A stretch of DNA of 63,845 nt, filler included, from Reclinomonas americana ATCC 50394 (Eukaryota): NCBI GenBank assembly GCA_048213135.1. It is 8 parts of 6 records of this genome, joined end to end, with 100 filler letters (N's around TTAATTAATTAA, not from the genome) between each part and the next. Parts side by side here need not be neighbours in the genome. Positions count along the whole stretch, not along the records: positions 1 to 13,829 come from PS015619.1; positions 13,930 to 22,123 come from PS015620.1; positions 22,224 to 27,936 come from PS015620.1; 5 more parts are not named here. One strand, written 5' to 3'. This document shows, piece after piece, positions 13,513 to 27,514 of this stretch. The notes under the pieces were generated by a model. That model ran no database searches. It was not told where the DNA came from and worked only from the letters and a program-made list of their open reading frames with translations. How positions within the stretch are numbered: position 1 is the stretch's first letter; the number at the start of each line of letters is the position of its first letter. The translations under genes were made by a program, and so were the position numbers.

Positions 13513-13829
13513 GATGATGTGGTGGCTCAGGGGGCGAGGCGCGATTGGTGAGTGTGCACTCGGTCCGTCCACTGGCACAGACAGTCGAATCCATAACGTG
13601 TGTGTTGATCTCGCAAGAGCCATGTTTTCCAGGCTGGGGCGTCTCTTGTTGCGTCCATCTTTGTATATTGTGAAAGAGAGAGAGAGCGGGCTGAGCAGAG
13701 TTGAAGAGTGTGTGTGTCGTTGGGTGGAAATGGACGGCGTGCGTGTCCTCCTTTCTCTCGAGCGTCTGCGTGTGTGTGTGTTTCTCTCACGCGTGCTGGT
13801 GTTTCTCCCTTTGTATGTGGGTGGCACAT

Positions 13830-13929
13830 NNNNNNNNNNNNNNNNNNNNNNNNNNNNNNNNNNNNNNNNNNNNTTAATTAATTAANNNNNNNNNNNNNNN
13901 NNNNNNNNNNNNNNNNNNNNNNNNNNNNN
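13830..13929. other. Assembly spacer N-TTAATTAATTAA-N; also at 22168, 27981, 41440, 45440, 52295 and 58126
   Basis: Identical 12-mer with stops in all six frames, centred in ~100-nt N blocks. Genes are truncated at these points. Confidence 0.95.
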
Positions 13930-15034
13930 CGAACTGGAAGAGCAGGCGGTCAGGGCCTCAAACAGCGGTGCCAGTGCACCATAGTGCAGCGCACAGCGCT
14001 CCAAGCACAGCGACCGCAGCGACCGGTTCTTCTTCACCATGTCGCCGAGCGCCGCACCGCCCTCCATCATAATGTAATTGACTAGGGGCAACAAAGAGTG
14101 AGGGAGCAAACACACTGGAAACGACCACACCGCCACGGAGCGCAACTCATGACAGTGAGCTCCTCCAGTGACGAATTCTCGCTAATGGCGCGGAACAGGT
14201 GGTTGGCCAGCGTCTGTGAGAGCAGGTTTTGCTCCAAGCGCAGCGAGCGCAGTCGACACGTGGGCGCACGCAGCAGCGTGGCCAGCGCCACCGCTCCATC
14301 CTCCTCCAGTTGTACCCAGTTGAGGAAAGCCAAGTCGCGCAACGCACTACGCGGATCTGAGCAGCAGCAGCAGCAGCAGCAACACAGAGTGAGAGATGAG
14401 AAACAAGGACAAGGACAAGGAGGAAGAGGGGGAAGACGCAACTGGCCGACACAGCCTCCAACATCAATCGCACACTCGGACCGCGCACCGCCCCACTAAA
14501 CGACCCATCGTTGCGCATGCTGACACTCTCCAAGTAGCGCGACACGGGGCTGTCGACCGACAGCGCCTCGGCCAGCAGCGCAGCCGGTCGCGGCCCCGTC
14601 GCTCCCCCAGGCTGCGTGGCCACTCGTCTCAATCGCGGAAACGTGGCCAGTGCCTTCTCCAACGCCACCTCATTCTGCGGACTGACCGCCACCATGTGCT
14701 CCCTAAAGATACTCATCCACTGCCAACACACCTGCGAACACACACACACACACGACTATCATCAGTCGTTCATGTTCGATGCTATTATCGCCTCTCTGTC
14801 ACACACACACACATGATTTACACAATCGCTCACTATCTTCCGTCGACAAACCGTCGCACATGATCCATAGTCTTTGGCATTGAGAAACGAAAGCACATGT
14901 CCCCAAAGAGCTGCGTCAGGCAGCAAATCCTCTCGCACAATCACTGACACCAATCGCTCCTCTTCCTCCTCCTCCGTCCTTTCTTCCACATTGCCTGCTT
15001 CGCTCTCACGAGAACGCGGTGCTGCAGAGGCCAT
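13930..15034 (-). CDS. F-box plus leucine-rich-repeat (RNI-like) protein, 3' truncated at a contig join
   Basis: F-box-like LPDAALWGHVLSFLNAKDYGSCATVCWQW, then LRRs (LRSLRLEQNLLS, NSSLEELTVMINYI, NRSLRSLCLERCAL). Donors at 14442 and 14146 restore the frame. Confidence 0.8.
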
Positions 15035-15147
15035 CAAACAAGCAACACCCTTTCTCTTCCTCTCTCTCAATACACTCGCAGCGACTATTTATAGTGTCGC
15101 CAACTGGCCGCCAGTTCGCTCAATTGGCGCGCCATTTGGTTGTTGCA

Positions 15148-18149
<3,002 letters not shown>

Positions 18150-18597
18150 TGCCAGAGCTGAGGCGTGTGAAGAGAGAGAGCAAGACGATTAAAATATTGG
18201 AATCGTGTACAAAAACAAAAAAGATGCGTTCGAACGCCGTCAGTCATCCACAAGAAGCTGGGCGTTTGTCAATGGCCACTGTGTTTCCATGCAGTGTGAC
18301 GCCGTGCCACCATGCCTCCCCCCAAATCACGGAAAAGGTTCTATGAGAAAGATGCTGCAAAGATCCGAGTACCGATTCACAAATTATTCGCGAATGATTC
18401 AGGTCAGGTGCGACCGGGTGCGGGCGGGTTGGCATCTTTTTTATACTTCTCTTCTTACACGCCCGCTGAGCGAAAGCAACCTCCTCCCTCCTCTCTTCAA
18501 CAACCCCTTCCACACAGTTGAGTCTCTCGATCTGTCTTGTCACCCTCCTGCGATCCTGTCACTCACCTTTTCTCTCTCTCCCCTGCAGAAAACACAA

Positions 18598-18879
18598 ATG
18601 GCCGGAACGTACGCCAAGTCTGTGCTCCGCTACACCATCGAGACCAAGGAGGCGTGGCCCATGGTCTTCTTTGTCGGCGTCGCCTGCGCTGGCTCTGCCG
18701 CCTCGATGATCACCCACACTCGCAAGAACCCTGACATTGCCTTTGACCGCAAGGGCGAGTACGCCTGGGACCACGCCGCCGTCGTCGGCGACAAGGTACA
18801 CCACGGCTTCTTCACGACCCACCGCCAAAAGTCCAAGGACATCTTCACGTCCATGAACGAGGCCTTCACCCGCCCATAA
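18598..18879 (+). CDS. NDUFA4: NDUFA4/B12D (COXFA4)-family small mitochondrial membrane protein, copy 1
   Basis: 93 aa. EAWPMVFFVGVACAGS transmembrane segment followed by KNPDIAFDRK, matching the family motif (E..Pl...vg.a....../NPdV..d+k). Confidence 0.8.
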   Translation: MAGTYAKSVLRYTIETKEAWPMVFFVGVACAGSAASMITHTRKNPDIAFDRKGEYAWDHAAVVGDKVHHGFFTTHRQKSKDIFTSMNEAFTRP

Positions 18880-19149
18880 GCGTGCTCACATCGCCGCGCG
18901 CAGCGCCGTGGTTGTTGTTGTTGTTGTCGTGTGCAATCCAACAGGTTGCGTTCACGATGCAGCTGCAGCTGCAGCCGCGGCGCGTGCGCGCAGCGTAGCG
19001 ATGAAAAGCAAGTAAGATAATGAATGTTTTGTTGTATAGTGCCATCGCGATCGTCCCTGCCACATGTACACGTGCACATCATCACCACGAGAGAGAGAAC
19101 TGACGATCGCGACAAATCACCCTCCGCCGCTGCGGCGATTGCACGCTGC

Positions 19150-19260
19150 CACTTGCACCTCGTTGCGGTACGTCAGCGGTCGGTCGCACAACATCACGGC
19201 GATGAAGCACCACCACTTGGTAGGTTCGATGGTGGAGTTGTCGCCGACTGCGTTTCTTGC
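19150..19260 (-). pseudogene. Degenerate copy of the CFAP299 3' end
   Basis: Translation AVGDNSTIEP...AVMLCDRPLTYRN resembles the CFAP299 C-terminus SVGDNSTRTP...VVLYDHLTRRKN at ~21010-21110. It sits in the same position relative to the NDUFA4 copy. Confidence 0.65.
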
Positions 19261-19593
19261 ACTGCGATTGCCGAGATCGCGTGCGTCCTTGCCTCCCTGC
19301 AGCACCCTCCTCTCTGGATACATCATCGCTGAAGAGCACGAGTGCAGTCCCTGGTGGCCAGCTTTATCGATCGCTTTCGATCGATATCGATATCGCTTTG
19401 CATGAATCGCGTTGCCTCATGATCACCCACCCAAGCACCACGAGGACGACGACAGGTATCATACTATACATCATAACATTCATTATCTTTCCTGCCTGTC
19501 ACCACCACCGCTGCTGCTGCTGCTGCTGCGTGAACGCGACCTGTTGGATCGCACACGACAACAACAACAACACGGCGACGTGAACGAGCACGC

Positions 19594-19875
19594 TTATGGG
19601 CGGGTGAAGGCCTCGTTCATGGTCGTGAAGATGTCCTTGGACCTTTGGCGGTGGGTCGTGAAGAAGCCATGGTGTACCTTGTCGCCGACGACGGCGGCGT
19701 GGTCCCAGGCGTACTCGCCCTTGCGGTCAAAGGCGATGTCGGGGTTCTTGCGAGTGTGGGTGATCATCGAGGCGGCAGAGCCAGCGCAGGCGACGCCGAC
19801 AAAGAAGACCATGGGCCACGCCTCCTTGGTCTCGATGGTGTAGCGGAGCACAGACTTGGCGTACGTTCCGGCCAT
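19594..19875 (-). CDS. NDUFA4: NDUFA4/B12D-family protein, copy 2 (inverted)
   Basis: Near-identical to copies 1 and 3, differing by 2 aa from each. Confidence 0.8.
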   Translation of the reverse strand: MAGTYAKSVLRYTIETKEAWPMVFFVGVACAGSAASMITHTRKNPDIAFDRKGEYAWDHAAVVGDKVHHGFFTTHRQRSKDIFTTMNEAFTRP

Positions 19876-20487
19876 TTTCTGCAAGGAGGGAGAAGGTGAG
19901 TGACAGGTTCAAGCAAGAAGGACAAGGCAAATCGAGAGACTCAACTGTGATTGTGTGTGTTGGGAGGGCTTTGTGAAGAGGGAGCAGGTTGCTTTCGCTC
20001 AGCGGCGTGTGGGAAGAGAGGATAAAAAAGATCCAGCACCTGACCGAGCTCGAGCTCGAGGTGCGACGATTGAATCTGGCCGGATCTTTCGTTGCAAGAA
20101 AGATGCGAACGATGATTTGAATTCATGAATGCTGAGCGATCAATTGCTTCTCATAATTCACTTTGCGCGGCGACGATTGGTGGTGGCACGTGGGACCGCT
20201 GATTGACGCCCGTTGGCCACCAAGGGCTGACGCAGGCATGCGGATCGGACGCTGGCAAAGATCCGGCCAAAAATGAGATTCATCATCGCACCTGTGTCAG
20301 GTGCGGGCCGGGTGCGGACTGGTGCTGGATCTTTTTATCCTTCTCTTTCTCACACGCCGCTGAGCGAAAGCAACCTGCTCCCTCTTCTCTTCACAAACCC
20401 CACCCAACACAACAATCACAGTTGAGTCCTGTCACAGGCCATGACCACACACCTTCCTGTCACTCACCTTCTCCCTCCTTGCAGAAA

Positions 20488-20769
20488 ATGGCCGGAACGT
20501 ACGCCAAGTCTGTGCTCCGCTACACCATCGAGACCAAGGAGGCGTGGCCCATGGTCTTCTTCGTCGGCGTCGCCTGCGCTGGCTCTGCCGCCTCGATGAT
20601 CACACACACTCGCAAGAACCCCGACATTGCCTTTGACCGCAAGGGCGAGTACGCCTGGGACCACGCCGCCGTCGTCGGCGACAAGGTACACCACGGCTTC
20701 TTCACGGCCCACCGCCAAAGGTCCAAGGACATCTTCACGTCCATGAACGAGGCCTTCACCCGCCCATAA
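20488..20769 (+). CDS. NDUFA4: NDUFA4/B12D-family protein, copy 3
   Basis: Near-identical to copies 1 and 2; convergent with intact CFAP299. Confidence 0.8.
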   Translation: MAGTYAKSVLRYTIETKEAWPMVFFVGVACAGSAASMITHTRKNPDIAFDRKGEYAWDHAAVVGDKVHHGFFTAHRQRSKDIFTSMNEAFTRP

Positions 20770-21005
20770 GCGTGCTCACATCGCTGTGTTGTTGTTGTTG
20801 TCGTGTGCGATCCAACAGGTCGCGTTCACGCAGCAGCAGCAGCGGTGGTGGTGACAGGCAGGAAAGATAATGAATGTTATGATGTATAGTATGATACCTG
20901 TCGTCGTCCCTCGTGGTGCTTGGGTGGGTGAGGCAACGAACGATGCGAAACCGCCACAAGAAACCAACAAGCAAACATCATGCAGGTCTGTACTTACACT
21001 CTCGC

Positions 21006-21933
21006 TCACACGTTCTTGCGGCGCGTCAGGTGATCGTACAACACCACAGTGGAGTACTCCTTGGTGGCCAGTGGCGTGCGCGTGGAGTTGTCGCCCACCG
21101 ACTCGGCCTTTGGGTTGACGTAGATCAACTTGCGATCACGCTTGTGCTTGAAGGTGAGGCCGTTGACGTCCTCGGCCAGCACCTCGAACGAAGGTGAGTT
21201 GGTCGATCGCAGCGTCTGCGTCTTCCAGTTGTAGTACGACAGGTCCAGTGGCTGCGGGTACAGCTTCTTCTTGCCAGAAAAGTACACCGTAAAGTCCTCG
21301 GTGCGCATGCGGTGACCAACTGCATCGCGGGACAAGAGAGAAGTGAATAACAGCTGCGAATGAGAGAGAGAGAGAGGTACGCCCCACATACCGTCCACGT
21401 AGCCGCTGATCTCGTGGCCGCGGACGTTTTCTTCGCGGATGAAGACGATTGTCTGCACGAGGGAGAGTCAGAAGGGAGTCCATTTTGGAGTGACTCTATC
21501 TCTCTCTCTCTTCCACACCACACCTCCATGCGCCCACTTCGAATATCGAGCTCACGCTTGGCCAACTCCTGCAACAGCGGACTGTGCGACAGATCGTAGC
21601 CCACGTGGCACACGGCCTTGACGTCGCGTCCACTGGCCTGCGTTCCGTGTCTGGCCACCCGCTTGCGCTCCTCGAACTCAAAACGTGACAGTGCGTCCTT
21701 GCCCTTGTGTGTGTGCTGTACAGTGCGCAACACCCACGCGTCAGTATCGACGGCACACGAGTGTGCGTGCGTGCGCGTTCACCGACCTCCACCAAATCCC
21801 TCGCCAACTCTGGATCCTCCAAGTAATCCAGATCCTGTTGTGACACGAACGTGTCGAGGTACTCCTCGTAGGAGCTGAACTTGACCACCGGGTCCTCCAT
21901 GGCCAGGAACGTGTTCTCGACCCCAGACTCCAT
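21006..21933 (-). CDS. CFAP299: Cilia- and flagella-associated protein 299 (C4orf22/DUF4464); 4 exons
   Basis: FSSYEEYLD...DLDYLEDPELARDLVE, LQELAKRE, TIVFIR, GHEISGYVD, DLSYYNW, FKHKRDRKLIYVNP, GDNS and LYDHLTRRK. Confidence 0.92.
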
Positions 21934-23032
21934 TTTCTCTCTCTCAGTGCGTTTCCGAAGATTGAATGAAAACGGCGCGAGTACGGTACAAACAAATCAA
22001 TCCAAGTGAGTGTCAAGCTCCCGTGGCTTTTCCTCCTTGGCCTTTCCTTCTGCGTTGCGCCTTGCCCTGCCCCCGCGTTCCCCCTTCACTCTCTCTCCCT
22101 CTCTCACTCTCTCTCTCTCTCTCNNNNNNNNNNNNNNNNNNNNNNNNNNNNNNNNNNNNNNNNNNNNTTAATTAATTAANNNNNNNNNNNNNNNNNNNNN
22201 NNNNNNNNNNNNNNNNNNNNNNNTTGCTTCGTCGACTGGTTAGACTGGCAGGCAACTTCAATTGCTTTCTTTTGTTGGCTTTCTAGCACGCACGCACAAT
22301 CCTTTTTGTGTGTTTTCCGTGTTTCTGGTTCACTTGCTGTTGCACTTCGTAGTTGTGTGCGTTTGTCTCTCTCTTTCTCTCTCTCTCTCTCTCGTGGTCG
22401 CAAGATGTCTGAGTCTCCGACTGATCATGAGTCTGCGGCGGCCTTGATGGGCGATTCTCCGGTGAGTTGTTCATCTCACACACTTCTCTCTCTCTCTCTC
22501 TCTCTATGTGTGTGTGTGTGCGTGTGTGTGCATGGATGTGTGTATTCGTGCAGCTGCTTGTCGCCGTGGTCGCGAGCGAGTAGTGCGATTTGAGACTGTG
22601 ACTTGTGACGACGACGACGACGACGACGATCGTGATCAAAGTGACGGTGTATGCGTGAGAGGCAGCGACGCGCGTCGCTCAGCACTGCGTGCGCGTATGC
22701 GGATGCCCAGGATATACTTTTACCGGCATCAGTTTCTGCTGAAGAAACCGACGCACTCTGTGTATCTTGCCACTGTACACAAGGCCATGGCGCAGTACCC
22801 TGACTTACGAGCGTGGTGGTTGGACTGTTCTTTGTCGCAGAGTAATTCACCGGCAAGCACTCCGCCGTATAACGAGGTGAGCTGTACCTTTTGCGCGATT
22901 GTGACGGTGCTGTCTACGGTCAGCATGATGGCTGATCGTCATTTTCGTGTACCTGCCGCTGCTGCTTGTGTGGTGTTGTGTTTGTGTGTGTGTTGTGTTT
23001 GTGTGTGTGTGNNNNNNNNNNNNNNNNNNNNG

Positions 23033-24037
23033 ACCCCCGACGGCCAGCACGTTGTCACTGCCGGCGAGGAGGGAAGAGTGATTGTGTGGTCGACTGCGAC
23101 TGGTGAGCAAGTCCGGCAACTGGTCGATGACCCTGATGCTCTCTGGCCAGTGCACTCGGTGAGCGTTTCCCCTGACGGCCGGCACATTCTGACTGGGTGT
23201 GCCGACGGAACGGTGCGAATGTGGTCCATGGCAAGCGGCGAAATCGTGTGGCGACACAAACTGGTGGAACGCACGAGCATTGTGCATTCCGTGGTCATGT
23301 CTGCCGATGGCAGTCGCGTTGTGGCTGGCGTTGACGACGGTTCCATACGGGTGTTGTCTGCATTGAACGGCAACGAGGTGCGCATGGTGGAGGCACACGC
23401 TGGAATCGTGTACTCGGTGGTAGTGACTCCCGACGGCCAACGCATTGTGAGTGGTGGTCGAGATGGATTGATTCGGGTGTGGTCACTGGCGAATGGTGAG
23501 GAGCCATGGCAGCTTCAGGGTCACAAATCGTCGGTGCTCTCCGTGGCAGTGACTCGCGACGGTCGGTTCATTGTGAGTGGCGGCCGCGACAAGACGGTTC
23601 GGGTGTGGTCGATGGCCAGTCGTGGGGAAGTGCGCCGATTGGAGGGGCACACTGAGATGGTGAGATCAGTGGCGGTGACCCCTGACAGCCGATACATTGT
23701 GAGTGGCAGCTGGGACTCGACCGTGCGAGTATGGTCGTTGTCCACTGGGGAAGAGGTGGGGTGGCTGGGAGGACACGCGGGTGTGGTGATGTGTGTTGCT
23801 GTCGTGCCGGATGGTCGGCGAGTTGTGAGCAGCGGTGGCGATAATGCGGTGCGCATGTGGCGGATGTCGTCCGTGGTGCCTTCGGGCAGCGGTGGCAATC
23901 CTCCAGACCTGCAATCTTCGGGTCTCATCTCCCCCGTGCTGTGGAGTGTGGCGGAGTATTTGTGCACGGCCATGCTTCTTACGGTCACCTCTTTGCTGCT
24001 CATCGTTGTTCTCGCGCACTATTTGCGGGATCAGTGA
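23033..24037 (+). CDS. WD40-repeat protein with ~7 highly regular repeats and a possible C-terminal TM helix; 5' exons (22407-22876) unresolved
   Basis: Repeats of GH...V.SVAVTPDG..IVSG..D.TVRVWS...GE. Hydrophobic tail AMLLTVTSLLLIVVLAHY. Confidence 0.85.
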   Translation, partial: TPDGQHVVTAGEEGRVIVWSTATGEQVRQLVDDPDALWPVHSVSVSPDGRHILTGCADGTVRMWSMASGEIVWRHKLVERTSIVHSVVMSADGSRVVAGVDDGSIRVLSALNGNEVRMVEAHAGIVYSVVVTPDGQRIVSGGRDGLIRVWSLANGEEPWQLQGHKSSVLSVAVTRDGRFIVSGGRDKTVRVWSMASRGEVRRLEGHTEMVRSVAVTPDSRYIVSGSWDSTVRVWSLSTGEEVGWLGGHAGVVMCVAVVPDGRRVVSSGGDNAVRMWRMSSVVPSGSGGNPPDLQSSGLISPVLWSVAEYLCTAMLLTVTSLLLIVVLAHYLRDQ

Positions 24038-24636
24038 CTTGGTTGGTAGACTGACCAAAGGAGGCCACAATGGCTGTGTCACGGGGCAGGCGACTTGGCA
24101 AAAAGAGGAAGACTGTTTTCTGAAATGCTGTGCCCTGCAACCAGTTGTAGTTGTACATTATAANNNNNNNNNNNNNNNNNNNNNNNNNNNNNNNNNNNNN
24201 NNNNNNNNNNNNNNNNNNNNNNNNNNNNNNNNNNNNNNNNNNNNNNNNNNNNNNNNNNNNNNNNNNNNNNNNNNNNNNNNNNNNNNNNNNNNNNNNNNNN
24301 NNNNNNNNNNNNNNNNNNNNNNNNNNNNNNNNNNNNNNNNNNNNNNNNNNNNNNNNNNNNNNNNNNNNNNNNNNNNNNNNNNNNNNNNNNNNNNNNNNNN
24401 NNNNNNNNNNNNNNNNNNNNNNNNNNNNNNNNNNNNNNNNNNNNNNNNNNNNNNNNNNNNNNNNNNNNNNNNNNNNNNNNNNNNNNNNNNNNNNNNNNNN
24501 NNNNNNNNNNNNNNNNNNNNNNNNNNCAGGAGTGAGAGGCAGGCAAACAGACACACACGCACACACATGCCAAGGAGAGAGAGTCATCATTTCGCTGCTG
24601 TTCTTCCGATGTTCACGATTGTGTTTGTCTCTGCAG

Positions 24637-26532
24637 TGAGCATCTCAGCGAGGCACCACAAGGCACCAACTGGTGTGGATGCGGAGTGACGTCCACGGCG
24701 AATGCAGTGGAGCCTCTGCGTCGCATGAAACTCACGTTTGAGAATATGGAGGTGATTTTGCAGTGCACCGCTGAGACTCTTATCCTCCGCGTGTGCTCAT
24801 GGACTGTCCTTGCTGCAGATCTTGTGCCCGACGTGCCAGCAGCGAATGGTTTCGTGTTGGTGCTTTATGCAATCCGCCCACTCGATCTTCTCACTCTACA
24901 CCAGACCATTGGCGACTACGATCGCACACACGCCCTGGCGGCATGTCGGTATGCGTGCGTCACGTGCGGGGCGACCATGCCACTCAACCACACCGAGATG
25001 CATGCGTGGAGTGAATGCCTGCATGCGTGCCCGCACGGATGTGGAGCGCGTGTGCCGCTGAGCGAGATGGTGGAGCACAGCCGTCGTGTGTGCGTGCGAC
25101 CGTGTCCGCGGTGTGGTGTCGGCTGTGTGCTGCTGAATATGCGACACCACCTGGGTGAGTGCCGCCGACTGGAAAGGGAAATGTTGTCGTTTGTCAACTC
25201 ACTCAGTTGCTAGAGAGCGCATGTGCGATAATGACTGCGGCGTGCCGGGCGGCAGATCTCGGCTGCCAGACGCGTGGATCAAGGCGTGAGGTGGAGGCGC
25301 ATGAGCAAGTGTGCGAACTTCTGCGAACAGAGGGACCGCTGCGAGAGGTGTAATCTGCGAGATGCCTTCTTTTGTGACCATCACTGACCGGAGCACCGAA
25401 CAGATGCACGCACATGTGAGAGACTTGGAGGGCGAACTACGCTTGTTGCGAGAACGACTGGAAGCGGAATCATATGAGAAGGGACAACTGATGCGGCGAC
25501 AGGCGGAGATGGAGAGGGAGCTGCTGGAGCGGAATCGTCGACTGGAGGAGCAGCAGCAGCGGCTCGAGGAGCAGCGAGCTGCGGCGGAGAGGCAGCATGA
25601 AGAATTAGCGGCTCGTTTGACTGCTGAAACGCGCGAGAAGGAGAAGGCACAGCAGAATCTGGCAGAAACGGAGCAGCAGCTTCAGTATCTGCAGCAACTG
25701 CTGGAGGAGCAGTTTGCGATGGCAGAACATGCGTCACATCCTGCGCCGCAGCTCGCGCCACAGCCCGCGTATCAGCCTGCGCCACAGCTCGCTCCACAGC
25801 CCGCGCCACAGCCCCCACCACGGCCCGCACCACCACCCCCAGTTTATGTTCCACCCGTAGCTCCTGCGTCTCCGCCTGTGTTTATTGATCGTTCCGCTGG
25901 CAGCGGACAGGCTGCACGTGGTCTGCATAAGTTGTTTACAGCCTTCCTGTACCCCTCTTCGCTGACAGGAAGTGGTTGTTCGTAGGAATCCCAGGCAATG
26001 CGAGGTCGGCAGCTCTCTTTCCTGCGCCATACAGTCGGGCGAATGCCGATCCACTTGGTTCGACGATGGATTTAGGTAACAGGACTGTGCGATACGACGG
26101 CATTTCTGTTGGCATGCGAATTCCTCCGAGCAAAGACATCAACGAAATGCTCGCTTCGGCACCGGTGATGGTGCGTTGACGGGCTATATTTTATGATTCT
26201 TGTGAACTGCAGTGTGGCTGACTTACTTTGGTGCTCTCAGGCAATCGGGAGTCGAGATATCCCCATATACCGTTCTTGCCCTCACTGCTCGCTCATTCAC
26301 GGTGCGCTGCTGCTGTGCCCTCGATCACAGTTCTGTTGTGTCCTTACTGTTCTCTTTCTGACTGTTGTCATGAGCAGACCTGCGTGATCTGCCCAATCCT
26401 CCATACTGTGACTGCGTGTGTGACCACACATTCTGCTTCGCGTGCTTGTCGTTGGAGCCTGGTATTACGACAACTGGCTTCTGGCATGCGCGTCGCGGCA
26501 AGTGCCGCGTTGCAGGTCGACAGCGTGTGTGA
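24637..26532 (+). CDS. RING/TRAF-type zinc-finger, coiled-coil, Pro-rich protein with C-terminal IBR/RING2-like Cys domain; 5' end unresolved (gap)
   Basis: Spliced ILCPTC..H..AC, CVTC..H..EC, CPHGC..H..VC and CPRC..HLESAC..C.AADLGC (TRAF/Sina-type fingers), then an E/Q/R coiled coil and PAPQ repeats. Ends IPIYRSCPHC...CDCVCDHTFCFACL...KCRVAGRQRV*. Confidence 0.7.
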
Positions 26533-26773
26533 TCGTCTTTTGCGTTGCGGTTTGACGATCACAAGCAGCTTCTCGTTACCGCGGATGCTTCTTGTGTGTT
26601 AGTGAGGAATGTAACCTCTATGCCAATAGCACCACATCCGCGTGCAGGCGGTTGCCATATGCATCCCAAGCATTCGCTGTCGGTCCGTGCGGCCACCGGT
26701 AATGCACAACGAACATTAACAGTTTGTTCATGAATTCATTTACGTATACCCTCCTCCCCTCTGCCTTTCCCTC

Positions 26774-27514
26774 TCACCTCCTCCTAATCCCCGGCAAGTC
26801 GACATTGCTGTACAGGCAGTAGTTGCGCCACTTGTTCGGCTTGACCGTGGCGTACTCCAGCACGAAATTGGTTGGTCGCAGCTGGAAGGGCGCAAAGTAG
26901 CGCAGCAGTTCCTGCTCCTCGCGCTTGAGGAAGCCGATGAGGATCTTGGTGGTGTAATCGTAATCGACAATGATGCTGACGGCCTCGAAGAGCTGCGCCA
27001 TGGGGATGTAGAAGAAGGGCGGGTCGAAGACCACGACGCGGAAGCGGTCGCCGGTCGCCGCCGGCCGCGTCAAGTCAAAGTAGCGGTACCGCGGCAAGTA
27101 GTCGAAGCGCCGATCAATGTCGTAGAGAGCCTCTTCGCGGCCCTGCAGGTGCCAGGCGTGTGCCAGACTCGGCGTGGACAGGCAGCAGCAATCGAGCGAG
27201 ACGACATCAACGTCTTCGTCGCTGGCCATAGCCTCTTCTGCTGCTGCTGCTCCTTCTGCTGCCGCTGTAGTGGTGGTGGTGGTGGTGGTGGTGGTGGTGG
27301 TGGTGGTGGTGGTGGTAGTGTCGAGTTCACATGTGTCGTCGTCGTGCTGTGCGTGGAGGGACTCGACGGCGTGCATGAGGCGCACGACAGTGTTCTCGGT
27401 CCAAAAGTACTGCTCCAAGTCGTGGCGCTCGACAAAGCCCTGCGCGAACATGGAGCGGCTGCTGCTGCCGCTGGCGGTGGCCATATTGGTGGCACGGGTA
27501 GCGGTGGCGGCCAT
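26774..27514 (-). CDS. EEF1AKMT1/Efm5 (N6AMT2)-like protein lysine methyltransferase
   Basis: DLEQYFWTENTV, CCLSTPSL, LYDIDRRF, VVFDPPFF and YCLYSN. A poly-Thr insert is encoded by (ACC)n. Confidence 0.8.
   Translation of the reverse strand: MAATATRATNMATASGSSSRSMFAQGFVERHDLEQYFWTENTVVRLMHAVESLHAQHDDDTCELDTTTTTTTTTTTTTTTTTTAAAEGAAAAEEAMASDEDVDVVSLDCCCLSTPSLAHAWHLQGREEALYDIDRRFDYLPRYRYFDLTRPAATGDRFRVVVFDPPFFYIPMAQLFEAVSIIVDYDYTTKILIGFLKREEQELLRYFAPFQLRPTNFVLEYATVKPNKWRNYCLYSNVDLPGIRRR

Noticed and set aside
13874..13885. TTAATTAATTAA recurring seven times
   Set aside because: Always centred in N runs, so it is an artificial six-frame-stop scaffold spacer. Gene adjacency across it is not reliable.
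26990..27040. DPPF motif as a DNA/RNA N6-methyltransferase
   Set aside because: The surrounding motifs match the EEF1AKMT1/Efm5 family, which are protein lysine methyltransferases.
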